DNA of 64,000 nt from an uncultured Chloroflexia bacterium. GTDB lineage: Bacteria; Chloroflexota; Dehalococcoidia; DSTF01; JALHUB01. The first letter of the stretch is position 1. Every line of letters begins with the position of its first letter. The translations under genes were made by a program, and so were the position numbers. The DNA lies in assembly GCA_963726245.1 (NCBI GenBank), contig CAVSBT010000039.1, forward strand, positions 1 to 64,000, in the 5' to 3' direction. Shown piece after piece: positions 1 to 9,222 of the stretch. Under the pieces are notes generated by a model that did not search any database, was not told where the DNA came from, and saw only the letters and a list, made by a program, of their open reading frames with translations.

Positions 1-587
1 CGGAGCTTCAGCTCCGTCCGCCGGGTCTGGTGGTTACCGAGCGGATTAACGGATAGGTCTGCGTGCGCCATCCGTTAATCCGTTCCCCATCCGTTGCCAG
101 GCCTCCCTCCCGTTGTAGCGGAGGGCTTCAGCCCTCCCACGGCGCCCGTGGCGACCTATAGGTCGCCGCTACATTGGTGGTTGTTCCACCCTGCCGGTTG
201 AAACCGGCGGCTTCTCGATTCCCGAAGCTGCGGGATTCATCCCGCAGGTGTGTGACTCGTGTCATCTCCCACTCCGTCCGCCGGCCGCGTTGTGTCACCC
301 TGAGCGAAGCCAAGGGGCCGGCCGGATTCTTCGCCCCGCCTCTGGCGGACTCAGAATGACAAGTCAGCGCAAGACCGTTCATTTGGACCGTAGGGGCGTA
401 GCTTTAGCTGCGCCCTCGGCGGGGCGGGGTCTTCTCTGTCAACGGATACCGAGCGGATTAACGGATACGTCTCGATTCGCCATCCGTTAATCCGTTCCCC
501 ATCTGTTGACAGGCCTCCCTGCCGTCGTAGCGGAGGGCTTCAGCCCTCCACACCACTCGTGGCGACCTAAAGGTCGCCGCTACATTG
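1..587. repeat. Mosaic array of REP-like palindromes containing a ~140-bp direct repeat (35-176 / 447-587)
   Basis: GTAG-hairpin units (gtagcggagggcttcagccctcc at 115 and 527; inverted gtggcgacctaWaggtcgccgctac at 148 and 559; gtaggggcgtagctttagctgcgccct at 390), two cggattaacggat...atccgttaatccg hairpins, and a TGTCACCCTGAG...CTCAGAATGACA element at 293-361. Confidence 0.9.
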
Positions 588-1308
588 TGTCTGCGCTCAG
601 TCCGCCATCCTCCCGCACCGCCAGGACGTGGTACTTGACGCCGGGACGCGGGTCTTCGGCCTGGGTTAGCAACTGGCCCTCCACCTCCGTCAGCGAGACG
701 ATGCGGAAGCCATCCATGATCTGTTCGCGTATCTCCCGCTCTGTCGTGTAGTGGTGCGGCACCGACTTGTCGAACGAGTCGCCCGGCACCACGAAGGTGT
801 CCGCCTCGATCTCCTCCGCCTCGCCGCGTGCCACCGCCTCGCGGGCCCGCAGGCAGTTCCCGCTCTCCACCGAGTTGAACGTCACCAGCAAGTACCCGCC
901 CGGCGCCAGCTTGCGCCGCACTCCCGATACCGTGCGCCGGACGGTGTCCAGCGTGCCGTGGTAAACGACGTCCCAGGCCACGACGGCGTCCAGCGATTCG
1001 TCTTCCGCCGGCAGAGTCGTCATGTCGGCCCGCGTCACCCGCGCCGACAGCCCAGCCTCCGCCAGCTGCCTGCGACACGTCTCGACCGCGGCCGGCGAGT
1101 GGTCGGAGCCTGAGGCCTCGAGCCCCTCGGCGGCCAGGAACAGCAGGTGGCGGCCGGGGCCGCAGCCCAGGTCGTGGACGCGGCGCCGCCCCTCGGCCTT
1201 GAGGCGACCCGCCAGGTCGCGGACGGCCAGCTCCGGCACGCGGCCCTCCCAGAAGCAGCCCCAGCGCCCCCAGATCTCGTCCCAGCTCTGCCCCTCGCTC
1301 CGGCTCAC
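580..1308 (-). CDS. Class I SAM-dependent methyltransferase
   Basis: Motif I VHDLGCGPGRH, acidic residue in GSDHS, RADM motif; 4-bp overlap with hspR. Confidence 0.85.
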   Translation of the reverse strand: MSRSEGQSWDEIWGRWGCFWEGRVPELAVRDLAGRLKAEGRRRVHDLGCGPGRHLLFLAAEGLEASGSDHSPAAVETCRRQLAEAGLSARVTRADMTTLPAEDESLDAVVAWDVVYHGTLDTVRRTVSGVRRKLAPGGYLLVTFNSVESGNCLRAREAVARGEAEEIEADTFVVPGDSFDKSVPHHYTTEREIREQIMDGFRIVSLTEVEGQLLTQAEDPRPGVKYHVLAVREDGGLSADTM

Positions 1309-1661
1309 GATGTCTCCGTCTCTTTCCGAGGCGCCGGCAGGCGGCGGTCGCGGAGCCGCTGCAGCTCCCGTCGCAGGTCGTCCATCTCCACCTGCAACTG
1401 CTCGATGCGCTCGCCCATGCGCAGTATCACTTCCGCGCCGGCCAGGTTGACGCCCAGGTCGTTGATCAGGCGCTGTATCTGGCGCAGCCGGTTGATGTCA
1501 GCCACCGAGTAGAGGCGTATCCTCCCCCGAGAGCGCGAGGGCCTGAGGAGGCCGGCGCGCTCGTAGTAGCGCAGCGTCTGGGCGTGCATGCCCACCATGC
1601 GCGCCGCCACGCTGATCACGTAGCAGGGCTCGTCGTCCGGCAGCTCAAATTCGTTAGTCAT
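1305..1661 (-). CDS. hspR: HspR-like MerR-family heat-shock repressor
   Basis: YVISVAARMVGMHAQTLRYYER...RLYS...LGVNLAG matches HspR; C-terminal coiled coil; in an operon with dnaJ. Start placed at ATG 1661. Confidence 0.85.
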   Translation of the reverse strand: MTNEFELPDDEPCYVISVAARMVGMHAQTLRYYERAGLLRPSRSRGRIRLYSVADINRLRQIQRLINDLGVNLAGAEVILRMGERIEQLQVEMDDLRRELQRLRDRRLPAPRKETETS

Positions 1662-1665
1662 CGTC

Positions 1666-2535
1666 CTACAGCACCACCGTCGTCTTGCCCCGACGCCCCT
1701 CACGCAGGAAGCTCACCTCCACCGTCCGGCCGGAGGCGATCGCGCTGAGCGTCTCGGCTATCTCACCGGCGTTCGCCACCCGACGGCCGTCCAGGGCCAC
1801 GATCACGTCTTGGGCCCGTAGGCTGGCGCGGGCCGCCGCCGAGTCCGGCTCCACCTCCAGCACCAGCACGCCGCCCTCGACCGGCGCGGCGACGATGCCC
1901 AGCCTGGCGCCGTCCCGGTGGCGTATCTCGTCGAAGCGGGCCAGGGCGGCCAGGACGCTGCTCACCGGCACCGCAAAGCCGACGCCACGGGCGAAGGGTA
2001 TGATGGCCGTCGTGATGCCGATGACCCGCCCCTGACCGTCTACCAGCGGCCCGCCGGAGTTGCCGGGGTTGATGGGCACGTCGGTCTGGATGAGGTCGCG
2101 GAGAGCGGGACCGTTTCCGGTGGGCAGCTCCCGCCCCAGGGCGCTCACTACGCCCGCCGTGACCGTCCAGCTCAAGCCATAGGGGTTGCCGATGGCCACC
2201 ACGAGCTGGCCCACCTTCAGCGAGCCGCTGTACAGCTCGGCGACGGGCAGGCCCTTGGCAGCAACCTTCAACACCGCGATGTCCAGCCGCGGGTCGGCGC
2301 CCACCACGGCCGCCCGAAGACTACGGCCGTCCGCCAGCGTCACCTGCACCTGGACGCGGCCCCGGACCACGTGCTCGTTCGTCAGGATGCGGCCGCTGGA
2401 GTCGAAGATGACGCCGCTGCCGCCGCCGCGTCCCGACTCCACCTTGACCACCGCCGGGCCAGCGCGCTCGGCGGCGCTGCTCACCGCCTGCGAGTAGGCG
2501 TCCAGCGCCTTGTTCTCGTTCACTCGCCCCGTCAC
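1666..2535 (-). CDS. HtrA/DegP-family trypsin-like serine protease with PDZ domain, no signal peptide
   Basis: LTNEHVV (His), DIAVLK (Asp), [10 protein letters not shown] (Ser), C-terminal PDZ domain. Confidence 0.92.
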   Translation of the reverse strand: MTGRVNENKALDAYSQAVSSAAERAGPAVVKVESGRGGGSGVIFDSSGRILTNEHVVRGRVQVQVTLADGRSLRAAVVGADPRLDIAVLKVAAKGLPVAELYSGSLKVGQLVVAIGNPYGLSWTVTAGVVSALGRELPTGNGPALRDLIQTDVPINPGNSGGPLVDGQGRVIGITTAIIPFARGVGFAVPVSSVLAALARFDEIRHRDGARLGIVAAPVEGGVLVLEVEPDSAAARASLRAQDVIVALDGRRVANAGEIAETLSAIASGRTVEVSFLREGRRGKTTVVL

Positions 2536-3515
2536 GACTTCTGGCCCACCTTCTGCACGGCCTTCAGCTTCTCGAACAACTCCCGTTCCTCGGGCGACAG
2601 CTCCTGAGGGAGCGCCACCCTCACCCGCGCATAGAGGTCGCCCTTGCCGTTTCCGCCCAGGCGGGGCATGCCCAGGCCGCTGAGACGGATGCTGCGGCCG
2701 TTCTGGGTTAGGGGCGGCACCTTCAGCATGACCCGCGAGGTCATCGTCGGCACCTGGACCTCTCCGCCCAGGACGGCGTCGGTCAGGGGGACGTCCACGT
2801 CGGTGTACAGGTCGTCGTTGCGACGCTCGAAGCGCTCATGCGGCCGCACCGACACCACCAAGTAGAGGTCGCCGGCGCCGGCGGGCCCAACACCGCCCTC
2901 GCCGGCCACGCGCACGCGGGAGCCGTCGCGGACGCCGGGCGGGATCTTCACCTCCAGGCGCCGCGCCTTGGCGATGGCGCCGGCACCGCGACAGACGTGG
3001 CAGACAGCACCCGCCACCTGGCCCTGGCCGCCGCAGGTCGCGCAGGGCTCCTCGCGCTCCATCTGGAGGACGCGGGCGGTGCCGTGGTAGGCCTCGTCCA
3101 GAGTCACCTCCACCGGCTGCTGCACGTCGCCGCCGCGCTGGCGACCGGGTCGACGGCCGAAGCCGCGGAATATGCCCTGGAAGAGGTCTCCCAGGTCGCC
3201 GCCCAGGTTGACGTCGCCCGGGTCGAAGCCGCCGCCCCGCCGGAATGACCGGCGGCCGGCCGACTGGCGCTGCGCCTGCTCGATCTGGTCGGCGTACTGC
3301 CACTGGTCGCCGTAGCGGTCGTACTTGCGGCGCTTCTCCGGATCGGAGATGACCTCGTAAGCGGCGTTGATCTCCTTGAAGCGCGCCTCGGCGCCCTTGT
3401 CGCCCGGGTTGACGTCGGGGTGGTGCTGGCGCGCCAGCCGCCGGTACGCCTTGCGAATGTCCTTATCGCCGGCGCTGCGGGGTACGCCGAGAACGTCGTA
3501 GTAGTTGCGTGCCAT
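2532..3515 (-). CDS. dnaJ: DnaJ/CbpA-family co-chaperone
   Basis: J domain with HPD, G/F-rich region, two CxxCxGxG repeats, C-terminal GDLY motifs. Confidence 0.9.
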   Translation of the reverse strand: MARNYYDVLGVPRSAGDKDIRKAYRRLARQHHPDVNPGDKGAEARFKEINAAYEVISDPEKRRKYDRYGDQWQYADQIEQAQRQSAGRRSFRRGGGFDPGDVNLGGDLGDLFQGIFRGFGRRPGRQRGGDVQQPVEVTLDEAYHGTARVLQMEREEPCATCGGQGQVAGAVCHVCRGAGAIAKARRLEVKIPPGVRDGSRVRVAGEGGVGPAGAGDLYLVVSVRPHERFERRNDDLYTDVDVPLTDAVLGGEVQVPTMTSRVMLKVPPLTQNGRSIRLSGLGMPRLGGNGKGDLYARVRVALPQELSPEERELFEKLKAVQKVGQKS

Positions 3516-3530
3516 GGCTGTTCTTTCAAC

Positions 3531-3598
3531 AGGATAGCCTGGCTAGCACCGAAAGTCAAGAATATCCGAGCAGGAAGCTTGATAAGACTACTATCAAT
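3531..3598 (-). promoter_or_regulatory. Sigma70-type promoter of the dnaJ operon with an upstream HAIR-like inverted repeat
   Basis: Minus strand TTGACT-N17-TATCCT (3559-3531); CTTGATA-N7-TATCAAT at 3578-3598 has the spacing of the HspR operator CTTGAGT-N7-ACTCAAG. Confidence 0.65.
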
Positions 3599-3789
3599 AG
3601 TCTTGACAACCTCGGCATGGGCCGCTGTTATGTAATCGAACCGCGGGGAGCCAATCGGCGCCCCTACTCGCGTCCCCGGCCAGCGCGCCCCCGGCGAGCG
3701 AGTTGATCCCCTGCCTTCGGGATGGCAAACTGCCCTTGTGAGAGGGATCTGTTCGAACGGCGGCATCGATGGGCGAGCCTGGTAGGGGG

Positions 3790-4937
3790 ATGGGGTTGCT
3801 GCGCCGGACGTGGCCTCTCCTGGGGTCGATTAGCCGTTCTGGCCGGCCTGCTGGGCGGCCTTCTTCGGCACCCACTACGGCCGCCTCGCCTTCACCTCCG
3901 CCGCCTTCCTCCCCGACCTGATGGTCGACCTGCCCGTCCGTCCCGTCACCTGGTTCACGTCGGACCCCATCCGCGAGCGCATCACCCTTCACTACGCCGA
4001 CGGCAAGACGATGCCCGCCGACCTCTACCGGCCTCCGCACGGTAGCCACGGGGCCATCATCTTCGTCATGGGGGCGCCGCCCCTGGAGCCCGACGACTCT
4101 CGTCTCATACGGCTGGCCGATTCCACGGCCCGCGCCGGCTATGCCATGCTAATACCCTTTTCGCCCGACCTTGAGAGCGAGTTCATCGCCCGCGAGGAGC
4201 CGGAGGCCTACGTCGCCGGCTTCGAGTACCTGCGCCAGCAGAGCTTCGTCGATCCGGACCGCATCGGCTTCATCGGCGTCAGCGTAGGGGGCTCGCTCGC
4301 CCTCATCGCCGCCTCCGATCCCCGCATCAGCGCCGACGTCGACTTCCTGGTCGCCTTCGGCGCCTACTATGACGCCCTGGACACCCTGGCGGCGGTCACC
4401 ACCCACACCATCTCCTACGGCGGCCGAACGGAATCCTGGGACCCGCAGCCCCACACGCAGCGCGTCATGGCCGAGCAGCTCATCGACCGCCTGGCGGACA
4501 GCGGCGACCGCGACGTGCTCTGGAGGGCGTTCGTGGACCAGGAGACCCTCACCAGCGCCGACCTGGCCTCGCTCACCCCGGCCGGCCGCGACGCTTACGA
4601 TTTCCTGGCCAACCGCGACCCGGCCCGGGTGCCGGAGCTGATCCAGAAGCTCCCTCCCGCATTCCTGGACGACATGCGCGCCCTCTCGCCCAGTCTGCGT
4701 CTGGACGGCCTCACCGCCGAGGTCTTCATCCTCCACGACCGGACGGACCGCTACATACCTTACGTGGAGTCGCGTCGCCTGCGCGACCGCCTGGCGGGGC
4801 ATGCCAACCTCCACTACACCGAGCTCACCATCTTCCAGCACGTCGAACCCAGCAGCCAGAAGGGGGCCCTGGCCCTCTTCCTCGACGGCTCTCGTCTCTA
4901 CTTCCGGCTGTACCAGCTCCTCCTCCGCCTCAGCTAG
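3790..4937 (+). CDS. Membrane-anchored alpha/beta hydrolase (two apparent +1 indels near 3829 and 3854)
   Basis: IGFIGVSVGG nucleophile elbow, HDRTD, FQHV; repaired N-terminus MGLLRRTWPLLGSLAVLAGLLAAFF is a TM anchor. Confidence 0.75.
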
Positions 4938-5011
4938 ACGCGCAAACTTCCCCAGAAATCGGCGAAATTTCGGGCTAGACAAGGGTAATGCGTCCGCCCT
5001 ATAATATAGAT

Positions 5012-5190
5012 TAGACGGCTCTATGCTGAGGGCCGCCTTCGTGTGTGTAGCCGAACCAGTCAATCACTAGAGTTGTCGCGACGTGAGCCAGGCACGGGCC
5101 CCTTCGGCCCAACGCCAACAGCAGGAAGGGAGCGCCCGCCCCCGCAGAATGTCGTTCTGAGCGAACCGTATAACGGGCATGCGGGGGATA
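5012..5190 (+). ncRNA. Candidate structured small RNA or 5' leader, family unassigned
   Basis: Lies between TAGACA-N18-TATAAT (4977-5006) and TTGACA-N17-CACAAT (5192-5220); no credible ORF; several stems (ccttc/gaagg, cgtg/cacg, gggcc/ggccc, cccccgca/tgcggggg). Confidence 0.4.
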
Positions 5191-5313
5191 CTTGACACAG
5201 ACGGTCCAGAATGTCACAATAGGCCTGCGGCGACCTGACCGCCCTCATCTGGATGAGTTAGGCGGGAGGTCAGGGCCAGGAACGGCAAGAAGAATCCATA
5301 GAAGGAGGAATGC

Positions 5314-5514
5314 ATGAGCAAAGGTTTGGCACTGGCGGGCGGGGTCGCCGCCTGGGCCGCTGTCGCCGTGGTGGCGGTCCTCATAGTCTTCAACATGGGT
5401 GGGAGGAACCAGGTCCTCATGTTCCTCCCGATCCTCGCGGCCGTCGCGGCCGCCTGGGTTATCGGAGAGCTGGTGACCGGGGCCGTGTTCACTGAGCACG
5501 AGAAAGGGGCGTGA
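5314..5514 (+). CDS. Small two-TM membrane protein
   Basis: AAGGAGG RBS, two hydrophobic helices, 4-bp overlap with the next gene. Confidence 0.7.
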   Translation: MSKGLALAGGVAAWAAVAVVAVLIVFNMGGRNQVLMFLPILAAVAAAWVIGELVTGAVFTEHEKGA

Positions 5515-6296
5515 TGGCCGTCCTGCAGAGGAGCTTCGAACAGAAACGCGAACTGCGCGACCCGAGCCTCATCCGGGCGATCTTCAGCAGCACGTGGCTC
5601 GCCCCGTTGTGGGTGGTGGCGCGACTATACCTGGGCTACCAGTGGCTGATGGCCGGCTCCCACAAGGTGTGGGGCGAAGGCCGCTGGATCGCGGTGAGCG
5701 GCCCCGACGGCCTGCCGCTGCAGAGCTTCTGGCAGCGCGCCATCGCCATCCCGGAGACGGGCAGCGCTGCCATTAAGTACGACTGGTATCGCAAGTTCCT
5801 GACCTTCATGCTCGATCACGGCTGGTATCATTGGTTCTCGTGGGTCATCGCCCTCGGCGAGGTCACGGTCGGGATCCTGCTCATCATCGGCGCGTTCGCG
5901 GGGCTTGCCGCCCTGGCCGGCGCCTTCTTTAACTTCAACTTCATGCTCGCCGGCTCCGCGAGCATCAACCCAGTGCTGTTCATCATCGCCCTGCTGATCG
6001 TCTTCGGCTGGAAGGTGGCGGGCTGGATCGGCGTGGACCGATGGCTCCTGCCGGCACTGGGGACGCCGTGGCAGCCCGGGCCTGTTTTCCGGCGCGTCCT
6101 TAAAGGGCGGGTCGCCAACGAAGAGTGCCCAGTTTGTCAGATGCCCGTCGATCCGGCAAGATCGCCCGCGTCCGCGTACAACGGCTTGATCTACCTAACA
6201 TGCTGCCCGGTCTGCAAGGAACACCTGGACTCGCAGCCGGCGCGCTACATCCCGGGCTTTGGCACCGCCGCCATGCCCGCGCCCGCTGAAGGTTAG
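5511..6296 (+). CDS. DoxX/TQO-small-subunit-like membrane protein with C-terminal YHS domain
   Basis: RLYLGYQWLMAG.HK, GE...G..LI.G, NFNFMLAGSASINP, GW.G.DR; C-terminal CPVCQMPVD...YNG.IY.TCC..CK...P.RY. Confidence 0.85.
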   Translation: MMAVLQRSFEQKRELRDPSLIRAIFSSTWLAPLWVVARLYLGYQWLMAGSHKVWGEGRWIAVSGPDGLPLQSFWQRAIAIPETGSAAIKYDWYRKFLTFMLDHGWYHWFSWVIALGEVTVGILLIIGAFAGLAALAGAFFNFNFMLAGSASINPVLFIIALLIVFGWKVAGWIGVDRWLLPALGTPWQPGPVFRRVLKGRVANEECPVCQMPVDPARSPASAYNGLIYLTCCPVCKEHLDSQPARYIPGFGTAAMPAPAEG

Positions 6297-6336
6297 CGAG
6301 GGGCGCGGCCTTACCCGCCGTCAGTCAAAACCGGCG

Positions 6337-6366
6337 AAGGGGGATAGCTAGAAGCTATCCCCCTTC
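6337..6366. terminator. Strong hairpin between convergent genes
   Basis: aagggggatagct-aga-agctatccccctt. Confidence 0.65.
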
Positions 6367-6526
6367 TATGTGTGCCCGAAGGTTGACAGCGGATAGAGCC
6401 CGAAGGAAGATGATCGCGCTGGGACCGGCGCTTCTCCTTGTGGGAGACCAATCTGCGCGCCAGAAGGAGGATGTCCGTGCCGCGCTCGTATCGTGAGGTC
6501 GGCGGACACGTTTGGAAGAGGTCCGG

Positions 6527-6940
6527 CTACTTAGCGTTGGCAGTGAACTTGTCAAGCACTTTGTCTTGCTCTTGCAGGTGGCGCTGGATCTCGAGGCACT
6601 CGTGCAAGACAGCCTCGGCATCGTTGTAAGTCTGCTCGGCGCGCTTATCCGCAGCGCTGCCCTGCACCCCTTGACCGACCATGATCACCGACAGCATCAC
6701 CAGCTGAATGAACGTCTGGCTGATCCATTGAATCCACTGGAGCGTCGTATGGACGTATGGCAACGCGATCAGCGCCAGGATGGCGAACACGTAGGCACAC
6801 CACATGGTGCCCACTCCATTCGTGAGCGCGACGGCGACCTTCCCATTGAGCCCGATGTGCTCGTCCCTCACCTTTGGGGGTCGCACTTCGCCGCGCTGTC
6901 TGCGCACCAGATATGGATGCGGTACATGCTGAAACGTCAC
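6527..6940 (-). CDS. DUF1003-like membrane protein
   Basis: GTMWCAYVF...WISQTFIQLVMLSVIMVGQ...D.RAE pattern; GTG start with GGAGG RBS. Confidence 0.7.
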   Translation of the reverse strand: MTFQHVPHPYLVRRQRGEVRPPKVRDEHIGLNGKVAVALTNGVGTMWCAYVFAILALIALPYVHTTLQWIQWISQTFIQLVMLSVIMVGQGVQGSAADKRAEQTYNDAEAVLHECLEIQRHLQEQDKVLDKFTANAK

Positions 6941-7085
6941 GTCACACCCTCCTTGGCCGTGTCGTGATGTGGACACGACCGCTGCCACCATGATATCGGC
7001 TCTGGCCATACTACCGATAGCGCCACTCGCTGCAAACGCTAGGCTGTAGACCCCCTCGAAGGGAGCATGCCGAGTAGGCAGGACC

Positions 7086-7598
7086 ATGTTTAGCCTCGAG
7101 GTAAGCGGCTGGAGCATCGTGCTGCGGACGCTTATCGTCTACGCCGCGCTGCTGATCGGCCTGCGGCTCGCCGGCAAGCGGGAGCTGGGGCAGATGACCC
7201 CGTTCGACCTGGTGGTCATCCTGCTCATCGCCAACGCCGTGCAGAACGCCATGGTCGGGCCGGACACGTCGGTGACAGGAGGGCTGATCGCGGCGGCGGT
7301 CCTCATCGTCGCCAACTACGGCGTGGCGCAGGCTCGAGAGCGGCTCCCCTGGCTGCGGCGGGCGGTCGAGGGAACGCCGACGCTGCTGATCAACGACGGC
7401 AAGTTCGTGCCGGAGCACCTGCGCCGGGAGGGGCTGGAAGAGGATGAGGTGCTGATGGCGATCCGCGAGCACGGCGTCGCAGACTTGAAGGACGTGCGCA
7501 TGGCGGTGCTGGAGGTGGACGGCTCGATAAGCATCGTGCCGGCGGATGCTCAAGCGCTGCGAACGCGGAGGCACGTGCGGTTCTTGAGGAAAGGGTGA
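7086..7598 (+). CDS. DUF421/YetF-family membrane protein
   Basis: GKRELGQMTPFDLVVILLIANAVQ, EGTPTLLINDG, LEVDGSIS. Confidence 0.9.
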   Translation: MFSLEVSGWSIVLRTLIVYAALLIGLRLAGKRELGQMTPFDLVVILLIANAVQNAMVGPDTSVTGGLIAAAVLIVANYGVAQARERLPWLRRAVEGTPTLLINDGKFVPEHLRREGLEEDEVLMAIREHGVADLKDVRMAVLEVDGSISIVPADAQALRTRRHVRFLRKG

Positions 7599-7615
7599 TC
7601 GGGGGTGCCGGCCTT

Positions 7616-8167
7616 CTACCCGCTCCTCCCCCGCAGAAGGGCCAACTGCGCCTCCAGGAGGTCGATCTGCTGCTTCTGGATAGCCAGCAGTTCGTTCCAC
7701 TGCTTCTCCCGCAACTCGTCCAGCTTCTGATGTAGCTCCTGTATCTCCATCTCGGCTTTCAGATTCACCTCGTAGTCATGCTCGCCGCGGATGCGATCGC
7801 GGTCCTCCTGGCGGTTCTGGCTCATCATGATGACGGGCGCCTGGATGGCGGCCAGCATGGAGAGAAACAGGTTGAGCAAGATGTAGGGATACTTGTCCCA
7901 GTGGTGAATGAAGGCGACGGTGTTCAGGAAGACCCAAACTACCAGGGTAAGGCCGAAAGCAAAGATGAAGTGCCAGCTCCCGGCGACGTCAGCCAGCTTG
8001 TCCGAGACCCGCTGTCCGAAGGTCAACTGCTCTTGGTGAATGACGTGGACGTTCTTGCTGACGCGCTCGCGGCGGCGGATCTTCTCCTGCAGATCCTTCT
8101 CTATCTGTGCAGCCCGTTTCTCCCAGGCGCGGACCTCATCAAGGTCCTTGTTGAGCACGCGTGACAT
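7616..8167 (-). CDS. DUF1003 membrane protein
   Basis: GSW.FI, D.YPYILLNLFLS.LAAIQAPVIMMSQNRQ...DY.VNLKAE.EI. Confidence 0.9.
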   Translation of the reverse strand: MSRVLNKDLDEVRAWEKRAAQIEKDLQEKIRRRERVSKNVHVIHQEQLTFGQRVSDKLADVAGSWHFIFAFGLTLVVWVFLNTVAFIHHWDKYPYILLNLFLSMLAAIQAPVIMMSQNRQEDRDRIRGEHDYEVNLKAEMEIQELHQKLDELREKQWNELLAIQKQQIDLLEAQLALLRGRSG

Positions 8168-8244
8168 GGCCCTCCTCCTTCAAGTGAAGATTCGCCTAGT
8201 CGGAGACTATTGGATCGTACCAGGACGTGGGCGCCCCGCCGGTC

Positions 8245-9222
8245 TCAGAACCACTTCCGCCAGCGGAAGAAGGCGATGAGCCCCAGGGCGACGATCGCCA
8301 TGGCCCCCAGCATGCCGAAGTAGCCCCACTGCCAGCGCAGCTCGGGGAGGTTCTCGAAGTTGGTGCCGTAGATGCCGGAGATGAGGGTCAGGGGCAAGAT
8401 GATGGTGGCGACTATAGAGAGGACCTTCATCACCTCGTTCATACGGTTGTTGATGGCCGAGAGGTAGGTGCCGAGGACGCTCTCGGTCAAATCGCGCAGG
8501 CTTTCCACCATGTCCTCCACCCGCACCACGTGGTCGTAGATGTCACGGAAATACATGTGCGTCTCTTCGCTCACCAGGCGGGGGAACTCGCCGCGGGCGA
8601 AGCGGTTCACCGCGTCGCGCTGGGGGAGCAAAGTGCGGCGCAGGCGCTGGGAGTTGCGTTTGAGGAGCAGCATGTCGTGGAGCAAGCGCTGCTGGGGGTT
8701 GGCCAGCACCGCCTCCTCCAGGGCGTCGACCGCCTGGTCCATCTCCGCGACCACCGGCTGAAACTGGTCCACCAGCGCGTCCAAAAGGGCGTGGGTCAGG
8801 AAGTCGGGCCCGCGGGCGGCCAGCGGGGCGTCCTCAGTGACCCGCCGCCGCACGTCGTCTACGGCGGCCAGGGGATGGCTGTGGAAGCTGACCACATAGT
8901 TTGGGCCGAGGAAGAGGTCCAGCTCCGTGGTCTCCAGTCGCTCCGCGCGGGCGTGGAAACGGATGCCCTGGCTGATGACGAAGAGATACTGGCCGTAGTC
9001 GTCGATCTTGGGAGGGTCGATGTGCGGGTTCAGGCAGTCGTCTACGGCCAGACGGTGGAAGTGGAAGACGCCCTCCAGGATAGAGCGCGTCTCGGCTTCG
9101 CCGGCGCCCTCCAAGTCGACCCAGAGGAGGCCGCCCGACCGCTCGATAGCCTTCGCCATCTCCTCGGCCGAGAGGTCGCGGGCGACACTGCCGTCGGGGC
9201 CACGGTAGAAGCTGGTGATCAC
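8245..9222 (-). CDS. corA: CorA-family Mg2+/Co2+ transporter
   Basis: NEVMKVLSIV, IYGTNF variant of YGMNF, PEL.W..GY, two C-terminal TMs; alternative start at 9246. Confidence 0.9.
   Translation of the reverse strand: MITSFYRGPDGSVARDLSAEEMAKAIERSGGLLWVDLEGAGEAETRSILEGVFHFHRLAVDDCLNPHIDPPKIDDYGQYLFVISQGIRFHARAERLETTELDLFLGPNYVVSFHSHPLAAVDDVRRRVTEDAPLAARGPDFLTHALLDALVDQFQPVVAEMDQAVDALEEAVLANPQQRLLHDMLLLKRNSQRLRRTLLPQRDAVNRFARGEFPRLVSEETHMYFRDIYDHVVRVEDMVESLRDLTESVLGTYLSAINNRMNEVMKVLSIVATIILPLTLISGIYGTNFENLPELRWQWGYFGMLGAMAIVALGLIAFFRWRKWF

Noticed and set aside
1-587. CRISPR array
   Set aside because: The units are heterogeneous palindromes without a constant repeat-spacer period, and no cas genes are in the window
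3542-3560. CIRCE element upstream of dnaJ
   Set aside because: Only a partial left arm (CTAGCACC) is present, with no matching GAGTGCTAA arm at 9-bp spacing
5268-5292. SRP RNA domain IV
   Set aside because: gtcagggccaggaacggcaag lacks the conserved GNRA-capped CAGG...GGAAGCAG geometry
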